From the NCBI GenBank assembly GCA_022566265.1, contig JADFJG010000003.1, positions 7,572 through 71,571 of the forward strand: a stretch of DNA of 64,000 nucleotides. The letters run 5' to 3'. This document shows positions 1-9,811 of the stretch, piece after piece (the stretch's first letter is position 1; every line of letters begins with the position of its first letter). Both the position numbers and the translations under genes were made by a program. Under the pieces are notes generated by a model. It saw nothing but the letters and a program-made list of their open reading frames with translations. It searched no databases and was not told the DNA's origin. The stretch is from Pseudomonadota bacterium (GTDB taxonomy: Bacteria; Pseudomonadota; Alphaproteobacteria; SMXQ01).

Positions 1-75
1 GGCGACCGAGAATGACACGTCATCGACGGCCACGATCGCGCCGAACCGCTTGCACAGTCGGTCGATTTCGATCAT
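1..75 (-). CDS. ABC transporter ATP-binding protein, N-terminal 25 aa only; the gene continues beyond the window start
   Basis: The reverse complement of nt 1-75 translates to MIEIDRLCKRFGAIVAVDDVSFSVA, a typical ABC ATPase N-terminus. There is no stop before the window edge. Confidence 0.45.
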   Translation of the reverse strand, partial: MIEIDRLCKRFGAIVAVDDVSFSVA

Positions 76-437
76 TGGCGGGTTGGGGGCTCCCTGCTCC
101 CTGGTTTGTTGTTTTCGTCTGTCCGGGGGATGGATTAATAAGGCTATTTGTATGATTTTCAAGGGAGAATATGGCGGATTTATGGCGGGTTCGTTAACAG
201 TTCACGATCGCGGCGCCCGTCGGGTCCGCTCATGCCCAAGGAGCCTATCCGAGTATTGAAAACGCGGCCCTCCGGGTCGGCCAGACAGACGCGATTTCCG
301 CGTCGCGAAGGCTTGCCGATGCGCCCGGCACTCGCCTCGGCGAAGCCTCCGGCGGAGCCAGGGTCGCCCGCGCCTCCGCTCCTAACACTCGCGTCTGTCT
401 GGCCGATGCAGTCCATGACCAATACTCGGACAGGCTC

Positions 438-1658
438 CTAGGCGAGGCCGGCCACCACGCCCCTGTCGTGGAGCCTGGCGATCTCGGCCCCGGAAAGGCC
501 GAGGACCGAGCCCAGGATCTCGTCGGTATGCTGGCCGAGCTCGGGCGCCGGCGCCGCTTCCCCCCTTTCGAGCCCGGTGAAGTCGAGCGGCGATGCCGGC
601 GCCGGGTAGGCGCCGATGCCGGGCTGCTCGATCTCCCGGAACATGGGGTTGGCCGCCGAGGCGCGGGGGTCGTTCTCGACCATTTCCTTGAAGGTCTGAT
701 AGGGCCCCCAGCACACGCCGGCGGCATCGAAGGCCTTGGCGACGTCATCGAAGCCGCGGCTCCCGATCCAGGGCTCGATCGCCTGGGCGATGGCTACGCG
801 CGCCTTGAAGCGGTCCCCCTCGTCATCGAGGTCGAGGCCCTGGCGCCGGCCGATCTCGGCGAAGCACTCCCCCAGCCCCGTCGCCTCGATCAGGCCCCGC
901 CATTGGCGCGCCGTCAGCGCGATCAGCATGATCCGCTTGCCGTCCCCGGTGGCGAAATCGCGCCCGAAAGCACCGTAAAGGTAGTTGCCGTACCGGCCCC
1001 GCTCATCTTCGTTAATGCGGACCTCGCCGATGTAGCCGAGGTTGCCGGCCATGGCCATGGCGACGTCCGACAGCGCCAGCCGCACCAATCGCCCCTCGCC
1101 GGTCGATCTGCGGTGGCGTTCGGCGGCGAGGATGCCGACGGCCGCCGTCATCCCGGTGATGCAGTCCCAGGCCGGCAAGACGTTGTTGACCGGCCCCTCG
1201 GACGATTCCGGCCCGGTGACGAAGGGAAAGCCGGCGGCGCAGTTGACGGTGTAATCGACGGCGCTGGAGCCGTCGGGATTGCCGATAACGTTGACCATGA
1301 TCAAATCCGCCCGCCTTGCCGCCAGCCGGTGGTAATCGAGCCAGCCGCGGGCGGGGAAATTGGTCAGGAACATGCCGGCGTCGGGGCCCGGCGCGGTGAT
1401 CAGCGCGGTGGCGATCTCCTGGCCCTCGGCCGAGCCGAGATCGATGGCGATGGAGCGCTTGCCCTTGTTCATGCCGGCCCAGAACAGGCTCTTGCCATCG
1501 CCCGTCAGCGGCCAGCGGCCGATGTCCAGCCCGCCACCGATGGGATCGAAGCGGATCACCTCGGCGCCGAGTTGCGCCAGGGCCATGCCGCCGAGCGGCG
1601 CGGCGACGAAGGCCGAGCCCTCGACGATACGCATTCCCTCGAGTATGGCCGGCATCAA
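438..1658 (-). CDS. Family III CoA-transferase (CaiB/BaiF type), possibly a C4/C5-dicarboxylate CoA transferase
   Basis: 406-aa ORF with a glycine-rich CoA-transferase III N-terminus (RIVEGSAFVAAPLGGMALAQLGAEVIRFDP) and coding-like GC3 bias. It is adjacent to a MaoC hydratase. Confidence 0.8.
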   Translation of the reverse strand: MMPAILEGMRIVEGSAFVAAPLGGMALAQLGAEVIRFDPIGGGLDIGRWPLTGDGKSLFWAGMNKGKRSIAIDLGSAEGQEIATALITAPGPDAGMFLTNFPARGWLDYHRLAARRADLIMVNVIGNPDGSSAVDYTVNCAAGFPFVTGPESSEGPVNNVLPAWDCITGMTAAVGILAAERHRRSTGEGRLVRLALSDVAMAMAGNLGYIGEVRINEDERGRYGNYLYGAFGRDFATGDGKRIMLIALTARQWRGLIEATGLGECFAEIGRRQGLDLDDEGDRFKARVAIAQAIEPWIGSRGFDDVAKAFDAAGVCWGPYQTFKEMVENDPRASAANPMFREIEQPGIGAYPAPASPLDFTGLERGEAAPAPELGQHTDEILGSVLGLSGAEIARLHDRGVVAGLA

Positions 1659-1665
1659 TGGTCCC

Positions 1666-2709
1666 TTACGCCATCAACGCGACGAAACGCCAGTCCAGCA
1701 CGGCGGCCTCCGTGCCGGCCTCCATGCCGGCCCTGACGGCCTCGGCGCCGCGTTCGGCGCGGGTCACGCAGCGAAGATCGAGAAGCCCGTGGCCGCCGTC
1801 CAGGGGATGGGCGTTCTCCACCGTCAACTCGGTGCCAAGCGTGTCGCCCTCGAACACCGGCGCGGTGTGTTCGCAGCTTCGCCAGGCGATGATCGTCACC
1901 AGATTGGGCAGCGCGCGCAACGCCTGGGCCGCCGCCAGGCCGATGACGTGGCCGCCATAGACCAGCCGGACGCCATAGACGCTCTCATGGGCATCCAAAT
2001 GTCCCATGGCGAGGTTGAGGCCGGAGCGCACCAGCTCGGGCGCCGAGGTGACGACGTCGCGCGGCGCGATGTCGTAGACGGCGCCGGCCTCGATATCGGT
2101 GAAATGCGCACCGGGCGCGCGTTGGCGGAAGAGATCGAGGCGCCACTGGGCGGGCACCGCCGCCTTCAGCTTGTCCAGCGCGATGTCCTCGGGGATGGCG
2201 TCGAAACTGTCCTCATGCCCGGTCCGCGCTTCCGGGTCGCGGCAGACGATCATCGGGCAGCGCCAGAAATGGAGCACCTTGGCGTCGTCCTGGTTGGTCA
2301 CTTCCATCTCGAGCGCCACCAAGCCGGTGGCGGGCCTGCCGGGGCGGGGCGTGTTCTGGCGCAAGCCGACGATCCTGGTCGTCGTCCTCAGCGTGTCGCC
2401 GATGAACACCGGGCGCGCCATCACCAGTCCGCGGTAGAACAGGTTGCCCTTGACCCGTTGGGAGACCACGGTGGTCTGGCCGATGGCGGTATTGCAGACC
2501 AGCATCGGATGGGCGAGGGGACGGGGGTGATCGGTGACCGCCTGGCTCAAGGTGGCGTCGAGCGCCAGGCGCAGCCGGTCGCCGAAGAGCGCCTGATGGA
2601 GCGCCGCGTGACCTTCGGTCAGGGTCACGCCCGGCACGTCGTCGAAGACCTGACCGACCTCGAAATCCTCGAAGTAGGGCCCGCCCACCAGGATGCGTCT
2701 TTCCGCCAT
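1666..2709 (-). CDS. MaoC-family (R)-hydratase with tandem hotdog domains (mesaconyl-/itaconyl-CoA hydratase-like)
   Basis: 347 aa, the length expected for double-hotdog mesaconyl-CoA hydratases. It is tightly linked (7-bp gap) to the CoA-transferase. Confidence 0.7.
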   Translation of the reverse strand: MAERRILVGGPYFEDFEVGQVFDDVPGVTLTEGHAALHQALFGDRLRLALDATLSQAVTDHPRPLAHPMLVCNTAIGQTTVVSQRVKGNLFYRGLVMARPVFIGDTLRTTTRIVGLRQNTPRPGRPATGLVALEMEVTNQDDAKVLHFWRCPMIVCRDPEARTGHEDSFDAIPEDIALDKLKAAVPAQWRLDLFRQRAPGAHFTDIEAGAVYDIAPRDVVTSAPELVRSGLNLAMGHLDAHESVYGVRLVYGGHVIGLAAAQALRALPNLVTIIAWRSCEHTAPVFEGDTLGTELTVENAHPLDGGHGLLDLRCVTRAERGAEAVRAGMEAGTEAAVLDWRFVALMA

Positions 2710-3305
2710 CGGGTCGCCAAAATAATTGATCGCCGGGCTTCGTCGTCAGCCGCGCCGCCCCTTTCTTATGTCGGAACCGGAAGAGAAGCAAAAGGATTGA
2801 GGGCGAGGGAAGCGCCAGGGAAGCGCCAGGGAAGCGCCACCAGGGAAGCGAAGGAGACGAGGCCCCGTCCGTCGCCTCTGGATGCCCGTTGGCGGAACAA
2901 GAAAAAAAAGCCCGCCGGCAGGGAGGCCAGCGGGCTGAGAGGGCGATCATACTGAAACAATGGACCGCCCTCAAAATACTTAATTTAAGTAATCTATGCA
3001 AGTGCTTTTTTCTGGGCGCCCCAGCCGCCCGCTCTTCGCCCCCGCAAGACCCGTTTCCGCGCCGGACATGGAAGCACGCGGGGCGCCCCGGCGCCTTCAC
3101 CGGCCGCCTGCCCTGGAGGTGCCGCCCCGTCGCGCGTTTTTGGCCGATTGATCGTTGCCTATCGGCGCGCGATTGCTTATCAACCTCCTACCACTCGCAA
3201 CGCCGGATCGATGACGGAGGGGGGACGATCGCAGCCGTGAGCAGTCTGCCGGACGAAGGAAGAGAAACCAGCGATTCGACGGCGCCTGGCGTCGGTCACC
3301 GGGAG

Positions 3306-5291
3306 ATGGCCAACGCCATCAGGGCGCTCGCCATGGACGCGGTGGAGAAGGCCAGGTCGGGCCATCCCGGCATGCCGTTGGGCATGGCCGATGCCGCCAC
3401 CGTCCTCTTCACCCGGCATTTGAAGTTCGACGCCGCCGACCCTGGCTGGCCCGATAGGGACCGCTTCGTCCTCTCGGCCGGGCACGGCTCGATGCTGCTC
3501 TACGCCCTGCTCTATCTGCTCGGCTTTGATGACATGACGATGGCGGAGATCGAACGCTTCCGCCAACTCGGCAGCCGCACCGCCGGCCACCCCGAATACG
3601 GCGCCGCCAGGGGCATCGAGACGACGACCGGACCGCTGGGCCAGGGGTTCGCCAACGCCGTCGGCATGGCGCTGGCCGAACGGATGCTTGAGGCCCGCTT
3701 CGGACCCGAAATCGTCGATCACAACACCTACGCGATCGTCGGCGACGGCTGTTTGATGGAGGGCCTCTCGCACGAGGCGGCGTCGTTCGCCGGCCATCTT
3801 CGCCTCGCCAAGCTCATCGTGCTGTTCGATGACAACGGCATCTCCATCGACGGGCCGACCTCGTTGACGGTATCGGACGACCCCCTCGCCCGCTTCAAGG
3901 CCTATGGCTGGGACATCGCCCAGGTCGACGGGCACGATCCGGAAGCCGTCGACGCCGCGATCGAGGCGGCCAAATCCTCCCCGGCGCCGTCGTTGATCGC
4001 GTGCCGGACGACCATCGGCTTCGGCGCGCCGACCAAGGCGGGGACGGCGGCGACCCACGGCGCCCCCCTGGGCGCCGAAGAGGTCGCCGGCGCCCGCGAA
4101 GCCCTTGGCTGGCCCCATCCGCCCTTCGTCGTCCCCGACGAAATTTTAAGCCCCTGGCGCGCCGCCGGGGCGCGCGGCGCGGCCGGGCGGCACGATTGGC
4201 GCCGCCGCCTGGAGGCGCTCGATGCAGACGAAGGCGCGGCGTTCGCGCGCATCCAGGCGGGTGAGCTGCCCGCCGGCTTCGCCGACGCCGTGGCGGCGTG
4301 CAAGCAAAAGATGGCGTCCGCCGGCGCGCCGATGGCGACGCGCAAGGCGTCCCAGGAGGTGCTCGAGATCCTCACCGCCGAAATCCCCGAGATGATCGGC
4401 GGTTCCGCCGACCTCACCGGGTCGAACAACACCAAGACCAAGGTCGAGGCCGTCATCACCCCCGAGGATTTCTCGGGACGCTATATCCATTACGGGGTGC
4501 GCGAGCACGCCATGGCGGCAATGATGAACGGCATGGCGCTGCACAAGGGGCTGATCCCCTATGGCGGCACCTTCCTGGTGTTCACCGATTACTGCCGGCC
4601 GGCGATCCGCCTCTCCGCCCTCATGGGGCTCGGCGTGATCTATGTCATGACCCATGATTCCATCGGCCTCGGAGAGGACGGGCCGACCCATCAGCCGGTC
4701 GAGCACCTGGCGTCCCTGCGCGCGATGCCGAACCTCATGGTCTTCCGCCCCGCCGACGCCGTCGAGACGGCGGAATGCTGGGCCTTGGCGCTGGAGAACC
4801 GCGCCTCGCCCTCGGTCCTCTCGCTGACGCGCCAGAACCTGGAGCCGGCGCGCATCGAGGCGGGCGAGGAGAATTTATGCGCGCGGGGCGCCTACGTCCT
4901 GGCGCCGGCCGATCTTGAGGCCGGCGGCCGGCCGGTGACGCTCTTGGCCACCGGCTCGGAGGTCGCCATCGCGCTCGGGGCGAGGGAGATCTTGCGCGCC
5001 GATGGGATCGACGCCTCGGTCGTCTCGATGCCGTGCTGGGAACTGTTCGAGGCGCAGACGGAAGAATACCGGGCCCGGGTGCTGGGCGCCGGCGCGGTCC
5101 GCGTCGCCGTCGAGGCGGCAAGCCCCTTGGGCTGGGACCGCTACACCGGTCCCGGCGGCGCCATGGTGGGGATGGGCGGCTTCGGCGCGTCGGCCCCGGC
5201 GGCGGATCTCTACGCCCATTTCGGCATCACCGCCGAGGCCGTCGCCGAGGCGGCGCGGAAATGTCTCAAGGCCGGATCCGGCGCCGGATAA
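3306..5291 (+). CDS. tkt: Transketolase
   Basis: [35 protein letters not shown] is the canonical transketolase N-terminus and a TPP-binding GDGCLMEG motif is present. An in-frame GTG at 3237 is an alternative start. The ORF-track start at 2889 is an upstream over-extension. Confidence 0.9.
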   Translation: MANAIRALAMDAVEKARSGHPGMPLGMADAATVLFTRHLKFDAADPGWPDRDRFVLSAGHGSMLLYALLYLLGFDDMTMAEIERFRQLGSRTAGHPEYGAARGIETTTGPLGQGFANAVGMALAERMLEARFGPEIVDHNTYAIVGDGCLMEGLSHEAASFAGHLRLAKLIVLFDDNGISIDGPTSLTVSDDPLARFKAYGWDIAQVDGHDPEAVDAAIEAAKSSPAPSLIACRTTIGFGAPTKAGTAATHGAPLGAEEVAGAREALGWPHPPFVVPDEILSPWRAAGARGAAGRHDWRRRLEALDADEGAAFARIQAGELPAGFADAVAACKQKMASAGAPMATRKASQEVLEILTAEIPEMIGGSADLTGSNNTKTKVEAVITPEDFSGRYIHYGVREHAMAAMMNGMALHKGLIPYGGTFLVFTDYCRPAIRLSALMGLGVIYVMTHDSIGLGEDGPTHQPVEHLASLRAMPNLMVFRPADAVETAECWALALENRASPSVLSLTRQNLEPARIEAGEENLCARGAYVLAPADLEAGGRPVTLLATGSEVAIALGAREILRADGIDASVVSMPCWELFEAQTEEYRARVLGAGAVRVAVEAASPLGWDRYTGPGGAMVGMGGFGASAPAADLYAHFGITAEAVAEAARKCLKAGSGAG

Positions 5292-5328
5292 GCAGGCTTT
5301 CGGCCGGCAACTTACGGGGAGAAGGATG

Positions 5329-6336
5329 ATGGCGGTTCGGGTGGCGATCAACGGTTTCGGGCGGATCGGCCGTTTGGTGTTGCGGGCGATCCATGAGAAG
5401 CGGCGGGCGGGCATCGACGTCCTGGCGATCAACGACCTCGGCACGGTCGAGGCCAACGCCCATCTGTTGCGCTACGATTCGGTGCACGGGCGCTTCCCCG
5501 GCAAGGTCAGGACGACGAAAACCGGCATCAACATCGGCGCCGGCACGATCAAGGTGTTCGCCGAACGCGACCCGGCGAACCTGCCCTGGGAAAAGCTCGG
5601 CATCGACGTGCTGCTCGAATGCACCGGCCTGTTCACCAGCCGCGAGGCGGCCGGCAAGCACCTCGAGGCCGGCGCCAAGCGGGTGCTGATCTCGGCCCCG
5701 GCAAGCGGCGAGGACATCACCGTGGTGTTGGGGGTCAATCACGACAAGCTGCGCAAAAGCCACCGGATCGTCTCCAACGCGTCCTGCACCACCAACTGCC
5801 TGGCGCCGGTGGCCTTCGTGCTCGACCGCGCCGTCGGCATTGCCCGGGGGTTCATGACCACGGTGCACGCCTATACCGGCGATCAGCGCCTCCAGGACAC
5901 CCTGCACAGTGATTTGCACCGGGCGCGGGCGGCGGCGCTCAACATCATCCCGACCTCGACCGGCGCCGCGCGCGCCGTCGGCCTGGTGCTGCCCGAGCTC
6001 GCCGGCAAGCTCGACGGCACGGCGCTCCGGGTGCCGACGGCCAATGTGTCGCTCGTCGATCTGACATTTACCGCCAAGAAACGGACCACGGTGCGCCAGA
6101 TCAACGACGCCATCGTCCGCGCCGCCAACGGCAAGCTCAAGGGCATTCTCGACGTCAACGACGTGCCGCTGGTGTCCACCGACTTCAACCACCATCCGGC
6201 GAGCTCGATCTTCGACCTCACCCAGACCCAGGTCGTCGACGGACGGTTCGTCAGGATCTTGTCGTGGTACGACAACGAATGGGGATTCGCCAACCGCATG
6301 GCCGACGTCGCGGTGCTTCTCGGCAAGCTTGGCTGA
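5329..6336 (+). CDS. gap: Glyceraldehyde-3-phosphate dehydrogenase
   Basis: MAVRVAINGFGRIGR NAD-binding motif and the SNASCTTNCLAP active-site motif. An SD (GGAGAAGGA) lies upstream of the ATG at 5329. The ORF-track start at 5002 is over-extended. Confidence 0.92.
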   Translation: MAVRVAINGFGRIGRLVLRAIHEKRRAGIDVLAINDLGTVEANAHLLRYDSVHGRFPGKVRTTKTGINIGAGTIKVFAERDPANLPWEKLGIDVLLECTGLFTSREAAGKHLEAGAKRVLISAPASGEDITVVLGVNHDKLRKSHRIVSNASCTTNCLAPVAFVLDRAVGIARGFMTTVHAYTGDQRLQDTLHSDLHRARAAALNIIPTSTGAARAVGLVLPELAGKLDGTALRVPTANVSLVDLTFTAKKRTTVRQINDAIVRAANGKLKGILDVNDVPLVSTDFNHHPASSIFDLTQTQVVDGRFVRILSWYDNEWGFANRMADVAVLLGKLG

Positions 6337-6357
6337 TCGCGCTTAAGGCCTAAACGT

Positions 6358-7557
6358 ATGGCCGGATTCCTCACCCTCGATGAGGCCGATGTCGCCGGCA
6401 AGCGCGTGTTGGTGCGCGCCGACCTCAACGTCCCGATGACCGATGGCAAGGTCACGGACAGGACGCGGATCACGCGTCTGGTGCCGACCCTGAGGGAACT
6501 CGCCGCCAAGGGCGCCAGGGTGATCGTCATGTCCCACTTCGGGCGGCCCAAGGGCAAGGCCGATCCGGCGCTCTCCCTTGCCGCCATCGCGCCCGAGTTG
6601 GGCGAGGCATTGGGCCGAAGCGTGGCCTTCGCCGGCGACTGTATCGGCGCCGAGGCCCGGGCGGTGGTGGCCAAGCTAGGCGATGGCGAGTTCGCGCTGC
6701 TCGAGAATCTGCGTTTCCACGCCGGGGAAGAGGCCAACGACGCCGCCTTCGCCGCCGATCTCGCGGCCCTTGGCGAGGTCTACGTCAACGACGCCTTCGC
6801 CGCGGCGCACCGCGCCCACGCCTCGATCGCGGCGATCGCCCGGCTGCTGCCGGCCTTCGCCGGCCGGCTGATGGAGGCCGAACTCGATGCCCTGAACAAG
6901 GTGCTCGGCGCGCCCGAGCGCCCGGTGGCGGCGGTGATCGGCGGCGCCAAGGTGTCGACCAAGCTCGATCTCCTCGGCAATCTCGCCGCCAAGGTGGACA
7001 TGTTGGCGATCGGCGGCGCCATGGCCAACACCTTCCTCTTTGCCGCCGGCGTCGATATCGGCGCCTCGCTATGCGAGCGGGAGATGGCTGAATGTGCGCG
7101 CGCCATCATGGAGGCAGCCAAATCCGGCGGTGCCGAGATCGTTCTGCCCACCGACGCCGTGATCGCCCGCGAGTTCAAGGCCCATGCGCCTAGCCAAACC
7201 GTCGCCATCGACAAGGTGCCGGCGGACGCCATGATCCTCGATATCGGACCGGCGACGACGAAGGATCTGATCCTGAGGCTAGGGCGCTTGCGGACACTGG
7301 TGTGGAACGGCCCGCTTGGCGCCTTCGAGTTGCCGCCGTTCGACGCCGGCACTGTCATGCTCGCCCGGGCCGTCGCCGAGCGCACCCGCGAGGGCACCCT
7401 GTTGAGCGTCGCCGGCGGCGGCGACATCGTCGCCGCGCTGGTCCAGGCCGGCGTCGCCGATGACTTCAGCTATGTCAGCACCGCCGGCGGCGCCTTCCTC
7501 GAATGGCTCGAGGGCAAGGAACTGCCGGGCGTCGTGGCGCTGGAAAAGGCGGGTTAA
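6358..7557 (+). CDS. pgk: Phosphoglycerate kinase
   Basis: 399 aa with the PGK N-terminal motif ([13 protein letters not shown]) and conserved tkt-gap-pgk linkage. Confidence 0.95.
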   Translation: MAGFLTLDEADVAGKRVLVRADLNVPMTDGKVTDRTRITRLVPTLRELAAKGARVIVMSHFGRPKGKADPALSLAAIAPELGEALGRSVAFAGDCIGAEARAVVAKLGDGEFALLENLRFHAGEEANDAAFAADLAALGEVYVNDAFAAAHRAHASIAAIARLLPAFAGRLMEAELDALNKVLGAPERPVAAVIGGAKVSTKLDLLGNLAAKVDMLAIGGAMANTFLFAAGVDIGASLCEREMAECARAIMEAAKSGGAEIVLPTDAVIAREFKAHAPSQTVAIDKVPADAMILDIGPATTKDLILRLGRLRTLVWNGPLGAFELPPFDAGTVMLARAVAERTREGTLLSVAGGGDIVAALVQAGVADDFSYVSTAGGAFLEWLEGKELPGVVALEKAG

Positions 7558-7572
7558 GGGTTTAAGGACTAA

Positions 7573-7816
7573 CCCGGATAATTCATGAAGGGAACGGAAT
7601 TTGCGGCGAGCAATGTTTGTCCAAGGCGGTGCGCGAAGCCGAAAGTCATAGCATAGCTATGGCTTGAGGTTTGGTGCGCCGATTTGAACAAACAGGGCCG
7701 GCGCAAAACCGTTCAGCGGACGAGGGTACAAAACGCCCCTTTTCGAAAAATGAGACAAGTCATTGAAGTAAAACACTTAACACACCCCGAGGGAGCGCCT
7801 TCATGAAATATTCGGG
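7573..7816. mobile_element. MITE-like non-autonomous element, copy 1 (244 bp), with ~19-bp terminal inverted repeats and a 4-bp CTAA target-site duplication
   Basis: Left end CCCGGATAATTCATGAAGG; reverse complement of right end CCCGAATATTTCATGAAGG (17/19 identical). Flanked by CTAA at 7569-7572 and 7817-7820. There is no conserved ORF. A second copy lies at 32339-32583. Confidence 0.65.
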
Positions 7817-9811
7817 CTAAGAGACGACGAGGCTTGCCGGGAAGTGGACCGTCGCCGTGGTGCCCTTGCCCGGCGCGCTGTCGAGCTCCAGGGTGGCGCC
7901 GTGCAATTCCACCAGGGCCATGGTCAGCGGCAGTCCCAGTCCCATACCCTCGTGGTTTCGCGTCTGGCTGCTGGCGACCTGACCGAAGGTCGATACCGCC
8001 TTGGCCATGTCCTCTTGGGCGATGCCGATCCCGGTGTCCGCGACCGCGAGGATCAGCGCCCCGTCCCCGTCTATTCGCGCCGTTATCGTGACTTCGCCGC
8101 CTTCGGGGGTGAACTTGACGGCGTTGGAGATGAGGTTGAGCAGAATCTGCTTGATCTTGGTCTTGTCGGCGCGAAGCGGCGGCAGATAGTCCGCCGTCTT
8201 TACGGTCATCTCGATGCCGCGCTCCAGGGTCTGCTGGGTAAAGAGACGCGCCGCGCCCTCGCACGCCGCCGCCACATCGACCTCTTCCTCGTCCAACTCC
8301 AGCCTGCCGCCCTCGGCCTTCGACACCTCGAGGATGTCGGAGATGATGCCGAGAAGATGCTGGCCGCTGTCGATGATGTCCGCCGCATAGCCGAGGTAGC
8401 GTTCGTTGTTCAACGGGCCGAACACCTGGTTCTTCATCACTTCGGAAAACCCGATGATGGCGTTCAAGGGCGTGCGCAACTCGTGGCTCATATTGGCGAG
8501 GAACTCGCTTTTGGAGCGGCTGGCCTGTTCCGCCAGATCCCGCGCCGCCCTGAGCGCCTCTTCGCGCTCTTTCAACTCCGTGATGTCGCTGACGATGGCG
8601 ACCGTTCCCCCGTCCTGGTTGGCGCGTTCGCTTACCTTGAGCCAGCGCCCGTCCGTGAGATTGAGTTCCAGCGACCCATGCGGGGAACCGTTGGCGTGGT
8701 TCTCGATCCATGCGTCGAGGTTGCCCCGGGTCGCGCCGGTGATCAGTGTCCCGAGAGCGTGGGCGAACTGGATGAAAAGCGTGCCGGGGTCGAGATGGGC
8801 GGATATGTCGGAGAAATAAACCCGCAGTTGGTCGTTGCACAGCACCATTCGATCGTCGCCGCCGAACAGGGCGAAGCCCTCCGAAATGTTGTCGATCGCG
8901 GCGCTCAGGCATTGCTCCGACTTGAGCGCGCGTTCACCGGCCTCGGTCTCGGCGGTGATGTCTTGCGCCGTGCCGCGATATCCCTCGAAGGCCCCGGTAT
9001 CGTCATCGAACACCGGCAAGCCGGAGAGGCGGAACAGCCGTCTCTCGCCCTCGCCGCTGGTGATCTCGAAGGGGAGGTCGCGGAAGGGCGAGCGTGTCGA
9101 TGGACCGGGAAGTTCGCGGGCGTCCTCGCCGTCGGGCTGCTTGAAGGCGCCGAGGTCGAACAGGTTGGTGCCCCAGACGGTGCGCGGATGCAGTCTGAGG
9201 GTCTCGAGGATGCGCGCCGACACGAAGGTCAGATTGAAGCGCGGATCGGTCTCCCAGATCCAATCGGATACCAGCCGCGAGATGTCGTCGAACCGGGCCT
9301 CCGCCGTCTTCGCCCGAAGACGCGCCGCCGTCAGGGCGGTTTCGTTCTGATAGATCCCGCCGACGGCGCTGAGTTCATCGGCTCCGTCGTAAATGGGAAT
9401 GTAGCGCGCGCCGAGGTATCGGGGATGTCCCTGGATCTCGATGGTTTCCTCGCGTTCGATCGGGGTGCCCGAGACCTCGATTTCGCGGATGACGTCCTCG
9501 ATGGGAAAGGCCGGGCTCAGGGCCACGGCGGTGCCGGTCCGGTCGAAGGCGGTGGCTTCGGCGATGCGGCGGTACTGGCGGTTGGCGTAGATGATGTTGC
9601 CGTCAAGATCGGCCAGGAACATCGGCGGGCCGCTGTCGAGCAGCTGCAAGGCCTCGGGCGGATGTCCGGATAGCGGCGCCGGGTGAAGGACATCGCCGTC
9701 ATCTCGCCGGGGCGCTTCGCGGGCATCATCGGCGGCCACGGCGGCGGGTTCACCGTCCAGCAGGACGATCGAATCGGCGGAGGCCCCGGATGACGGTCTA
9801 GTTTTTGTCAT
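7817..9811 (-). CDS. PAS-domain sensor histidine kinase (HisKA + HATPase_c, PleC/DivJ-like H-box)
   Basis: H-box KSEFLANMSHELRTPLNAIIGFSE and N/G1/G2 boxes (LISNAVKFTPEGG, DTGIGI, GLGL) are present. N-terminal PAS-like repeats. No receiver domain. The TAG stop codon lies inside the MITE target-site duplication. Confidence 0.85.
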   Translation of the reverse strand: MTKTRPSSGASADSIVLLDGEPAAVAADDAREAPRRDDGDVLHPAPLSGHPPEALQLLDSGPPMFLADLDGNIIYANRQYRRIAEATAFDRTGTAVALSPAFPIEDVIREIEVSGTPIEREETIEIQGHPRYLGARYIPIYDGADELSAVGGIYQNETALTAARLRAKTAEARFDDISRLVSDWIWETDPRFNLTFVSARILETLRLHPRTVWGTNLFDLGAFKQPDGEDARELPGPSTRSPFRDLPFEITSGEGERRLFRLSGLPVFDDDTGAFEGYRGTAQDITAETEAGERALKSEQCLSAAIDNISEGFALFGGDDRMVLCNDQLRVYFSDISAHLDPGTLFIQFAHALGTLITGATRGNLDAWIENHANGSPHGSLELNLTDGRWLKVSERANQDGGTVAIVSDITELKEREEALRAARDLAEQASRSKSEFLANMSHELRTPLNAIIGFSEVMKNQVFGPLNNERYLGYAADIIDSGQHLLGIISDILEVSKAEGGRLELDEEEVDVAAACEGAARLFTQQTLERGIEMTVKTADYLPPLRADKTKIKQILLNLISNAVKFTPEGGEVTITARIDGDGALILAVADTGIGIAQEDMAKAVSTFGQVASSQTRNHEGMGLGLPLTMALVELHGATLELDSAPGKGTTATVHFPASLVVS

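Noticed and set aside
2889-3305. N-terminal 139-aa extension of the transketolase ORF (and similar upstream extensions of gap, leuC, nadA, the Sel1 kinase, sdhC and sdhA track ORFs)
   Set aside because: The extensions are Arg/Pro-rich, precede the conserved N-termini, and lack RBSs. True starts were placed at internal ATG/GTG codons matching orthologous N-termini.
7713-9673. Long ORFs antisense or out of frame to the PAS histidine kinase (7713-8912 on the minus strand, 7844-9673 on the plus strand) and many similar cases elsewhere (e.g. 15990-17468, 20343-21887, 33618-35456, 37389-38567, 43813-45372, 45811-47067, 47314-49692, 58899-60341)
   Set aside because: They fully overlap genes with clear homology. 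Their proteins are Arg/Gly/Pro-rich low-complexity sequences. This is typical of open antisense frames in about 65% GC DNA and not of real genes.
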